Program-made: the position numbers and the translations under genes
Source of the DNA: a virus
Lineage: Duplodnaviria > Caudoviricetes
Direction: 5' to 3' (one strand)
Length of the DNA stretch: 27,251 bases
IMG/VR virus record: IMGVR_UViG_3300011102_000450
Location: 1 to 27,251 of that record
Notes under the pieces: generated by a model
The model's input: the letters and a program-made list of their open reading frames with translations, nothing else
Database searches by the model: none
Told to the model about the DNA's origin: nothing
Part shown: piece by piece, positions 1 through 6,244 of the stretch
Layout: every line of letters starts with the position of its first letter
Position numbering within the stretch: position 1 is the first letter of the stretch

Positions 1-17
1 TAAATGAAATTTTTTTG

Positions 18-47
18 TTGCAATTCTTGCATGAAATGCAATTTTTA
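18..47. promoter_or_regulatory. Repressor promoter/operator region
   Basis: Inverted repeat TTGCAT-GAA-ATGCAA at 27-41 and a -35-like TTGCAA at 18-23, in AT-rich DNA just upstream of the repressor ATG at 51. Confidence 0.55.
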
Positions 48-50
48 GGC

Positions 51-347
51 ATGATAACACCGGAAGAATTCAAAGCGGCGCGCAAGGCGCGCAAGATGAC
101 GCAGTTGGAACTGGCCAAATGGCTTAACGTGTCCTATTCAGCCGTGACCAAATGGGAGACCGGAAAAAACCCGGTCCCTCAATGGGTGGCGGAGAAACTC
201 CAGGATCAGAAGGGGGTGTTCGTTCTAGACGATTATTTCAGTCTGGACGAAGCCGCCAAAATCCACGAGCTCGCCAAAGCCCGAGGCATGTCCGCGGACG
301 GGTTGATTGCCGAGATGGTTAAACATTTGCTCAAGTTCTCGGGCTGA
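51..347 (+). CDS. XRE-family HTH repressor (CI/Cro-like) with a short C-terminal RHH-like segment
   Basis: FKAARKARKMTQLELAKWLNVSYSAVTKWETGKNP is a typical XRE HTH; ATG at 51 preferred over the TTG at 15. Confidence 0.88.
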   Translation: MITPEEFKAARKARKMTQLELAKWLNVSYSAVTKWETGKNPVPQWVAEKLQDQKGVFVLDDYFSLDEAAKIHELAKARGMSADGLIAEMVKHLLKFSG

Positions 348-382
348 CCTCCGACACATCCCCCATTTTTTCCCCGCCATCG

Positions 383-414
383 AAGCCCGGCCCGGCGCCG
401 GGCTTTTTTATTTT
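383..414 (+). terminator. Intrinsic terminator after the repressor
   Basis: Stem AAGCCCGGC (383-391)/GCCGGGCTT (397-405) followed by a T-tract. Confidence 0.85.
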
Positions 415-574
415 CATGCCTGCGAAGCGGAGAGGGGCGCGTGCTCATGGTCGAACTGCAATTTTTAACAGTGCCTGAATGATTAACAACCTGTTGGAAA
501 TAGGCAAGATTTTATCGCCGACGGAGCGAAAATTTTTTCTGTAACGTTTGCGCGAAACGCCGGTATTTGTCGGC

Positions 575-904
575 ATGAAACGACTCCTCGCCGCCACCGT
601 CTGTTCCGTCGCCGTCCTGTTCGCCGCCGCGTGCGACAACACCGCCGTCGAGGCACGGAAAACGGAGCTGGTCGCCAACGCCAAAGAACTGGGGCGGCTG
701 CGAAAAAAATACAAAGACCTGCGCGGTTACAGCGACTCCAGCAGCCGCGCGGAACGTGACAGGGTCATGGAGCGGATCGACCAGCTGGAGGATTTTTTCA
801 GCGCCGCGAAGGGCGAAATCGAGCGGTTCGACCTCCGGCAGCGGTTGACGCTCGAGGCGCACGGCGCGCTGGAATACTCTCCGGCCCACATGTTCACGGA
901 CTGA
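575..904 (+). CDS. Small lipoprotein (possible superinfection exclusion or lysogenic conversion protein)
   Basis: MKRLLAATVCSVAVLFAAA-C has a basic n-region, hydrophobic h-region and lipobox Cys; mature part is helical/coiled-coil. Confidence 0.75.
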   Translation: MKRLLAATVCSVAVLFAAACDNTAVEARKTELVANAKELGRLRKKYKDLRGYSDSSSRAERDRVMERIDQLEDFFSAAKGEIERFDLRQRLTLEAHGALEYSPAHMFTD

Positions 905-1883
905 CCAGCCCGGCGCGCATCGCGGCGGCGAGGGCGGCGAACTGGGCGCGCACGGCGTCCTTGTCCACGGGCGGGGCGGATACCGAAACCCGCTTTAGAT
1001 TTTCGGCCCGGCGTGGGGCCGCGGACGTCACCGGACGTCCGGGAAGTTGCCGGCGGGTGACGCGCCGGAACCCCAGCCGCTCGCGGAAAATGACCGCCGC
1101 CATGCCGCCGGGGTTTTTCACGGCGCGCTCCGCCAGCACCGCCGCGTTGTGGGCTTCCTGGAGGGCGAATTTCAGCGCCGGGCGGATCGTCCGCGCCCAG
1201 GACATTCCCCGCTGGAACGCGGGCAGCAGGAGCGCCCGGAGCGAGGCCAGGGGCATGACCGGCTTCCGGTTGTCGTAAAACAGCTCTCCATCGGCCAGAG
1301 CCTCCCTCGCGTGCCTCCAGGCCAGGGCGTTCGCCGATTTCGACAATCCCGACGGAGTCCGGGCCGTGGTGGTTTGTCTAAATCCGCTGACGTAGTCTTT
1401 CTTTTTTATATATCCCGCCGTGCAAAAATCAGAGTTACCCGGCCCGGTTTTTTCGGGGGCGGCGGGGGGCGTCTGCTCCGGTTGCCGATAGGCGGAAACG
1501 CCCCGCCGGAACGAAGGACGGGTGCCCCTGGCGGAGCCGTCGGCCCTGCGGAGGAGCGGGCGGGCGTCGTATTTCAGCCAGGTTCGGAGGGCGAAGAGTT
1601 TGCGCCGGGTTCGGCCGGGTCCGTCGTAGTCGGACGCGAACGCGAGCGGACACGCCGGATCGTCCTCGAGGGCGCGGAACGCCCGGCTGATGGTGTCCAC
1701 GCTCAGGCGCAGGCGCGTCGCGAGATCGCGGTAGGACGGGCACGGCTTCCAGCATCCGCCACCGGCGGCGGACCATTTGCCGAGGTATTTGAGGAGCCGG
1801 AGGGCGGGCGGGGCGGATTTCCGGCGGCGGCGGGCGCGGGGTCTGGCCGGTTTTCCGGCGGTGGTCTGGGTCTGTGAGTGCAT
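894..1883 (-). CDS. Putative replication initiator with N-terminal HTH
   Basis: PSYRDLATRLRLSVDTISRAFRALE is an HTH of the type found in phage/plasmid initiators; very basic protein; low-complexity linker ending YIKKKDY; lies downstream of the par genes; ATG at 1883 preceded by AAGGA. Confidence 0.65.
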   Translation of the reverse strand: MHSQTQTTAGKPARPRARRRRKSAPPALRLLKYLGKWSAAGGGCWKPCPSYRDLATRLRLSVDTISRAFRALEDDPACPLAFASDYDGPGRTRRKLFALRTWLKYDARPLLRRADGSARGTRPSFRRGVSAYRQPEQTPPAAPEKTGPGNSDFCTAGYIKKKDYVSGFRQTTTARTPSGLSKSANALAWRHAREALADGELFYDNRKPVMPLASLRALLLPAFQRGMSWARTIRPALKFALQEAHNAAVLAERAVKNPGGMAAVIFRERLGFRRVTRRQLPGRPVTSAAPRRAENLKRVSVSAPPVDKDAVRAQFAALAAAMRAGLVSP

Positions 1884-1925
1884 TTTTTCCTTGCATCTCG
1901 ACCCAGAAGAGTGCAAAGAGGAACC

Positions 1926-2003
1926 GCTACGTTGCTCTTGCGCCCTCTCTTCTGGCTCAAGACTTCCGCCGCCTCACTGCTGCAAACAGTGAGGCGGCTT
2001 TTT
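1926..2003 (+). ncRNA. Candidate counter-transcribed (antisense) RNA to the rep leader; 5' end estimated
   Basis: Plus-strand terminator at 1968-2003 with no plausible plus-strand gene upstream; -35-like TTGCAT at 1891-1896. Confidence 0.45.
1968..2003 (+). terminator. Intrinsic terminator oriented antisense to rep
   Basis: Perfect 12-bp stem GCCGCCTCACTG (1968-1979)/CAGTGAGGCGGC (1987-1998) followed by TTTTT on the plus strand only. Confidence 0.8.
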
Positions 2004-2090
2004 GTTTGAGTTGTCGGATATGGGATTAGCCCAGGCCCTGGCGCTTGGCAAGTTTTTTTCGGCCAGGCCTCCCGGAGACTCCAGCGCAAC

Positions 2091-2113
2091 AAAAATCCCC
2101 ACGAAAGTGGGGA
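2091..2113 (-). terminator. Terminator of the par operon
   Basis: Stem TCCCCAC/GTGGGGA (2096-2113) followed by TTTTTG on the minus strand. Confidence 0.65.
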
Positions 2114-2170
2114 AGGGCGGCTCATTCGTGTGGCGCGTCTAGAGAATACCCGCTCGCGCGGTCCAGCACG

Positions 2171-2246
2171 CCATGATGGCATCGTGGTGTCATGGCGTGT
2201 TGGTATGTTGTTTTAATCGGTTGCCGCCTCCGGGCGTGCCATCGTG
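2171..2246. repeat. Degenerate 8-bp tandem repeats, candidate centromere (parS/parH-like)
   Basis: CCATGATG GCATCGTG GTGTCATG GCGTGTTG GTATGTTG (2171-2210), plus CGGGCGTG CCATCGTG (2231-2246). Confidence 0.6.
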
Positions 2247-2271
2247 CGTTACAATCATCAGTGACTGGGGG

Positions 2272-2607
2272 TCACCGGCGCTTGCGCCGGTCCTCCGCGT
2301 CCAGCTCGGCTAACACCCGGCGGATATCATCGGCCGTCATGTTCCGCAGCGCGTGCCGAATCGCCCCCTTGATCGCGATCGCTCGCGTCGCCTCGCCGCT
2401 GGACTCGACCCGAAACCGGTCGCGCAGCTGATTCAGCGCGGCCTGGTCGTTTTTGTTGACGGAGATCGTCACGTAGACATAACGCTGCCGGGAGGCCGCG
2501 GATTCCGGCGGTGGTGGCGGGGCGGGCTCCGGCGCCTTTGTCGATTTTTTGAGGCGGAGCTTTTTTAAGCTCTCGGCGGCGGCGGAGGCGGAGGAGGCGG
2601 GCTTCAT
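2272..2607 (-). CDS. Putative centromere-binding partition protein (ParG-like ribbon-helix-helix)
   Basis: Start overlaps the parA stop (ATGA, 2604-2607); flexible Pro/Lys-rich N-terminus, then strand YVYVTISVN and two helices. Confidence 0.7.
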   Translation of the reverse strand: MKPASSASAAAESLKKLRLKKSTKAPEPAPPPPPESAASRQRYVYVTISVNKNDQAALNQLRDRFRVESSGEATRAIAIKGAIRHALRNMTADDIRRVLAELDAEDRRKRR

Positions 2608-3176
2608 TTGCGCAGGGACAGGAGTTCGATGGCCAGACGGTTGATGTTTTCGCGCTCGGCCGGGGGGAGGGCTTTGAAGCCGGAGACCTGCGCGCGCTGG
2701 ATGCACTGCCGCTCCGGGATGGCGTTTTTCAGCGCCCGCAGCCCCAACGCCTTCGCGAATTCCGCGCGCGAGCGGCCGAACGCGGTGTTGCTTCGTAGGC
2801 GCGAAAACAGGAGGACGGGTCGCAGATCGGGCCGCAGCTCGCGCGCCAGGGCGGCGGCGTCGGCGGTGCTCCACATATCCACGGGCGCCGTGGAGGAAAC
2901 GAGGATGACCTTGTCCGCCTCCAGAATGCTTTCCCGGGTGGCCGGGTGTTCCAGCGCCGCCGGGATGTCCAGGAACAGCGCGTCGTATTCCGCGCCCTCC
3001 CGCGCCAGCTCCACGCCGGGGCCCGGGGCCTGCTCCAGCCACAGCGTGGCCGTGCGCTGCGGATCGCGGTCCACGATGCCCACGCTCTGCCCGGCGGCGC
3101 CAAGAGCGTAGGCCAGCAGCATGGTGGCCGTGGTTTTCCCGGAGCCTCCCTTTTGATTGCAGATGACAAATTTCAT
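2604..3176 (-). CDS. parA: ParA family partition ATPase (short type Ib/ParF-like)
   Basis: Deviant Walker A NQKGGSGKTT, A' VDRDPQ, Walker B LFLDIP; about 190 aa with no N-terminal HTH. Confidence 0.95.
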   Translation of the reverse strand: MKFVICNQKGGSGKTTATMLLAYALGAAGQSVGIVDRDPQRTATLWLEQAPGPGVELAREGAEYDALFLDIPAALEHPATRESILEADKVILVSSTAPVDMWSTADAAALARELRPDLRPVLLFSRLRSNTAFGRSRAEFAKALGLRALKNAIPERQCIQRAQVSGFKALPPAERENINRLAIELLSLRK

Positions 3177-3181
3177 TCCGG

Positions 3182-3221
3182 GCACGTTGTGATGTTGTTT
3201 TGATGTGAGAACAAGGAAAAA
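3182..3221 (-). promoter_or_regulatory. par promoter with overlapping 8-bp repeats (candidate autoregulatory operator)
   Basis: Minus-strand TTTTTCC-TTGTTC (-35-like, 3214-3209); plus-strand repeats GCACGTTG TGATGTTG TTTTGATG (3182-3205) resemble those at 2171-2210. Confidence 0.55.
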
Positions 3222-3239
3222 CGCGAGGAAACCCTCGCG
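3216..3239 (-). terminator. Terminator-like hairpin upstream of the par promoter
   Basis: CGCGAGG/CCTCGCG stem (3222-3239) followed by TTTTT on the minus strand. Confidence 0.5.
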
Positions 3240-3246
3240 GGGGGCG

Positions 3247-3274
3247 GAACGTGATAATGGGGCTTATCGAACGA
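3247..3274. other. Candidate dif/Xer-like recombination core site
   Basis: GAACGTGATAA-TGGGGC-TTATCGAACGA has the 11-6-11 layout with an inner ATAA-N6-TTAT. Confidence 0.4.
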
Positions 3275-3332
3275 TCCGGGATTATCGCGATTCGAGGCCG
3301 CGGATTCGGCGGTTTCCCTCCCTGTGAAATAT

Positions 3333-3374
3333 TTTGATTTTTGCTGTTGACGAAAATCAAATCCGTGCGATGAT
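3333..3374 (+). promoter_or_regulatory. Sigma70-like promoter of the accessory cluster with an inverted-repeat operator
   Basis: TTGACG (3347-3352), then TGcGATGAT (3366-3374); inverted repeat TTTGATTTT (3333-3341)/AAAATCAAA (3353-3361) brackets the -35. Confidence 0.65.
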
Positions 3375-3433
3375 GCCCACGTCGCAGGGACACTGCGGCG
3401 AGAACCAAAACCAAAAACCGAACCAGAACCACC

Positions 3434-4015
3434 ATGAACACGACCGCCACCGCCGCCAACCCCACCGAAGTGATCATCGAAAAGAGGATCGACAAATCCC
3501 TCATGCGGGATCGCGTTGAAATCCTGCCGGGAAACCGTGTGATTTTCCACACGTCCGGCATGCGCCGCCGCGAGAAAGATTTTGTAGAGGAGGAGCTCCG
3601 GGAAAAATTCACCAGAACGGAGGATGGGGCGTTCTGGCGGTTCACGAACCGCCGCGATGAGCAGGATCTGATCCGCTCCGGCGAGTTCACCGCGAGCCGC
3701 GACAACTCCAGCGGGGCAGCGGAGGCCGGAATCTCTGTCGCGGACACGGCCACTTATGGGATTTTTGGGTACCGATACGGATACAAGCTCGCGGGGGAAG
3801 TGGTGGGCTACGGCGCGGACGGCGAGCCGCTCCTGAAAGCCGACACTATTGTTTTCCTGACCAAGCCGCGCCCCACGGCCGGAATCATGAAGCGGGAGCG
3901 GGAACTTGACGCGAAGCATGAGGCGAGCCTGGCTGCGAAAACAGGATGGACGCCCGAGGGAATTCGGGCGGCGCTTATGGGACACTTTCGTGTCGCGGAA
4001 CCCGCAAACATCTAA
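3434..4015 (+). CDS. Hypothetical protein, candidate ADP-ribosyltransferase fold (R-S-DxE)
   Basis: WRFTN...LIRSGEFTAS (R69), GISV (S101) and GADGEPLL (D129, E131) are in ART order; the CDS is clear, the function is inferred. Confidence 0.6.
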   Translation: MNTTATAANPTEVIIEKRIDKSLMRDRVEILPGNRVIFHTSGMRRREKDFVEEELREKFTRTEDGAFWRFTNRRDEQDLIRSGEFTASRDNSSGAAEAGISVADTATYGIFGYRYGYKLAGEVVGYGADGEPLLKADTIVFLTKPRPTAGIMKRERELDAKHEASLAAKTGWTPEGIRAALMGHFRVAEPANI

Positions 4016-4025
4016 CCTTCGCGCA

Positions 4026-4047
4026 GCCCCGGCCTTCGGGCCGGGGC
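4026..4047 (+). other. Intergenic cUUCGg tetraloop hairpin without a U-tract
   Basis: GCCCCGGCC-TTCG-GGCCGGGGC. Confidence 0.75.
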
Positions 4048-4090
4048 ATCCTGACCACCACCACCACCAACCACCAACCCACCAACCACC

Positions 4091-4762
4091 ATGAACACGA
4101 ACGAAGCCAACTCCCCCGCCGCCACCACCGAACGCGAATCCCGCCTGGAGGCGGAACTCGCCCGCCACAGCGCCTCGGTGCTGGACACGCCCTGCCACGA
4201 TGTGGAGGGCGTCGAAGAGATGCTGCGCGAACTGGCCGACGAGGCCGGATACAGCTCGGCCCGCTCGGCCCTCAATGACGTCGGGTTGTGGGGCAGCACG
4301 CTCCGCGAGGCCATCGCCTGGATGGTGGACAGCATGTTCACCGTCGACGGTGAGTTGTATGACTCGCGGGAGGAGCTCCAGGATGCCATCGATCACCACC
4401 CGGTGGCCATCCGGGTTACCGACGTCCGGGTTGGACGCCATGAGTCCACCGTCACGATTTGCGACGTGGACCGCGAGGGGCGGACGGACGGGATCGAAGA
4501 CGTCTGCGTCACGCACTACGCCCCCGACTCCGAGGAGGAGATTGTGGAGGCCATAGAGGCAAAGCTCCAGGCCATCGCAGAGTCCCGCGGGATCGAACTG
4601 GAGTGGAGTTTGGATCTTAGGATTCGAGGCCTGCAGGGCCGTCAGGTGCCCCAGCCGGACACGCGCTTGGAGGTGCCTGAGGATTTTAACCACCCCAACC
4701 GGTGCGTCCACTGTGACGCGCCCGTGGACCAGGAGGGGCGATATCTCCCCCCCGCTGATTGA
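4091..4762 (+). CDS. Highly acidic hypothetical protein (possible DNA mimic)
   Basis: Hand count about 49 Asp+Glu versus about 20 Arg+Lys in 223 aa; C-terminal H-x3-CxxC; start context shared with the 3434 gene. Confidence 0.75.
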   Translation: MNTNEANSPAATTERESRLEAELARHSASVLDTPCHDVEGVEEMLRELADEAGYSSARSALNDVGLWGSTLREAIAWMVDSMFTVDGELYDSREELQDAIDHHPVAIRVTDVRVGRHESTVTICDVDREGRTDGIEDVCVTHYAPDSEEEIVEAIEAKLQAIAESRGIELEWSLDLRIRGLQGRQVPQPDTRLEVPEDFNHPNRCVHCDAPVDQEGRYLPPAD

Positions 4763-4777
4763 GATTGCAATTCACGG

Positions 4778-4804
4778 ACCCCGGCCTTTGTGGCCGGGGT
4801 TTTT
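4778..4804 (+). terminator. Intrinsic terminator
   Basis: ACCCCGGCC-TTTGT-GGCCGGGGT followed by TTTT. Confidence 0.75.
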
Positions 4805-4809
4805 GTGCC

Positions 4810-5286
4810 ATGCCGATTGTCAAATTGACCTGCAGGGGTTGTGGCCGGGAGTTTGACCGATCCTCCCGCGCCCGCCGGGTGTTTTGCGGCCCAGTCTGCC
4901 GGGCGGACTGGCAGCGCGAGCAGCTGGACGCCCGGAGGCACGACCCGGAATTCCGCGCCCGACAATCCGCCGCTCTTTCCGCCGCCGTGAAGGGCCGGCG
5001 AATGCCACCGATGGTTGGAACGCAAGCCGCCAGCGCGAAAAACGATGCCGCGCCGGAGTTAAACCACGAAGCCAAACGCTGGCGCGTGGTCACTCCGTCG
5101 GGCGAAACGGTGGAGGTGATCAACCTCCGCCGATGGCTCATCCACCGCGAGGGCCGTGCCGAGGGCGTCCGCGTCTACGCCATCCTGCAGCAGATGTCCA
5201 AAGCGATGCGGGCCGGGCGCGAGGGATGGATCACGCAGTGCGGCTGGACGATCGAAACCCCACCCGAAGACAAAGATAAATCATGA
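4810..5286 (+). CDS. Zn-finger protein resembling the DNA-binding modules of homing endonucleases
   Basis: CRGCGREF...FCGPVC four-Cys motif; AKRWRVVTPSGETVEVINLRRW segment; no HNH or GIY-YIG motif seen. Confidence 0.65.
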   Translation: MPIVKLTCRGCGREFDRSSRARRVFCGPVCRADWQREQLDARRHDPEFRARQSAALSAAVKGRRMPPMVGTQAASAKNDAAPELNHEAKRWRVVTPSGETVEVINLRRWLIHREGRAEGVRVYAILQQMSKAMRAGREGWITQCGWTIETPPEDKDKS

Positions 5287-5486
5287 CCAAACACCCCCAA
5301 AAACCCAAGCCTCGCGGCCGGAACGGCGGGCGCCCGAAAGGCTCCGGGCTGAAGCCGGAAGGCGAAAAGGCCGTCACGCGATCCGTTTCCATGCCGCCGG
5401 CGCTCTGGAGCCGGATCGACGCTCTGCGCGGCGAGCGATCGCGCGGCGAATTCATCGCGTCCCTGGTGGCGGGCGCGGCGAAATAA
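5283..5486 (+). CDS. Small DNA-binding protein (AT-hook-like segment plus ribbon-helix-helix)
   Basis: RGRNGGRPKGSG, then strand VTRSVSM and helices PPALWSRIDAL / SRGEFIASLV; start overlaps the upstream stop. Confidence 0.75.
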   Translation: MTKHPQKPKPRGRNGGRPKGSGLKPEGEKAVTRSVSMPPALWSRIDALRGERSRGEFIASLVAGAAK

Positions 5487-5500
5487 ACATTCCAACGGGC

Positions 5501-5531
5501 AAGGGGGCGTCAGGATTTGACGCCCCTTTTT
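5501..5531. terminator. Terminator between the convergent accessory and late operons (possibly bidirectional)
   Basis: GGGGCGTCA (5504-5512)/TGACGCCCC (5518-5526) with TTTTT after and AA before. Confidence 0.8.
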
Positions 5532-5538
5532 CGCGTCG

Positions 5539-6243
5539 TCAGGGAGACGCTGAGAATGTTAGCGAGCCCTTGAGGTAATAGTGCATCGTGTATGTTCCGG
5601 CCGTCCCGCTCATGCCGGGAAAATAGGTTTCCTCGATGAGGCATTCCCCCTCGAATTCCAGCGGCGCGGCGGCCAGGTTGATCAGCTCGATCACCTGCGG
5701 ATCGGGCGGGTCCGCCACCGTCACGCGCTGGCCGTAGGGATTGCCCGACGGACCGATGGGTTCCGTGCCGCTCACGGTGTTGGACCACGCCGCGAACATG
5801 GGTCCGCCGCCCAGGGTCATCCCCACCGAAATCAGCCGCCCGTCGCCGCGCTCCCGCAGGCCGCCGGGATTCGAATTGACGGCCGGGGAAATCGCGAACC
5901 CGGAGGAGTGCGACGCGTAGTTCCCCCACGTCCCGGAAAACCCTGACGGAATCACCTGCACGTCGGCGATCGTGCCGGCGTAGGTGTAGAGCCCGGAATC
6001 CCCGAACCGGCCGGCGCGGGCTCCCCAGAAAAACGGGTCGCCTGGCGTGCCCTGCCAGCGCAGCCAGTCCACGGACCCTGACAAGGCCAGGTGTTTGTCC
6101 CCGCCCATCGCGTCGGGCGCCATCGTCGCCTCGTTGATCGTCCCGTCCGTGATCGTGATTTCCCCCTCGAGCGAAATGGCGACCTTCCGCCAGCGCGGCC
6201 ACAGCTCGAACGGGTCCGTCAGAATGTCGTGAACGCTGTCCAT
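5539..6243 (-). CDS. Hypothetical protein, probable tail-tip component
   Basis: Last gene of the late operon; ATG 1 nt after the upstream stop; Gly/Ser/aromatic beta-rich composition. Confidence 0.65.
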   Translation of the reverse strand: MDSVHDILTDPFELWPRWRKVAISLEGEITITDGTINEATMAPDAMGGDKHLALSGSVDWLRWQGTPGDPFFWGARAGRFGDSGLYTYAGTIADVQVIPSGFSGTWGNYASHSSGFAISPAVNSNPGGLRERGDGRLISVGMTLGGGPMFAAWSNTVSGTEPIGPSGNPYGQRVTVADPPDPQVIELINLAAAPLEFEGECLIEETYFPGMSGTAGTYTMHYYLKGSLTFSASP

Positions 6244-6244
6244 G

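Noticed and set aside
3216-3325. Possible minus-strand small RNA ending at the 3216-3239 hairpin
   Set aside because: The promoter match (TTGATT-N18-CAAAAT) is weak and overlaps the operator repeat; the hairpin may simply insulate the par promoter
2272-3753. 493-aa minus-strand ORF
   Set aside because: Only the last 111 aa (from ATG 2607) look real; the rest overlaps parA out of frame, a promoter region and the 3434 gene
4054-4090. ACC/AACC tract as a CRISPR array or contingency repeat
   Set aside because: No repeat-spacer structure; it is intergenic and imperfect, and is better explained as an unstructured leader
3173-4711. 512-aa minus-strand ORF
   Set aside because: Antisense shadow of the 3434 and 4091 genes; it reads through the ACC tracts as poly-Trp/Gly
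4810-5486. Toxin-antitoxin pair
   Set aside because: The RHH protein could be an antitoxin, but its partner shows no RelE/ParE, PIN, HicA or other toxin motif
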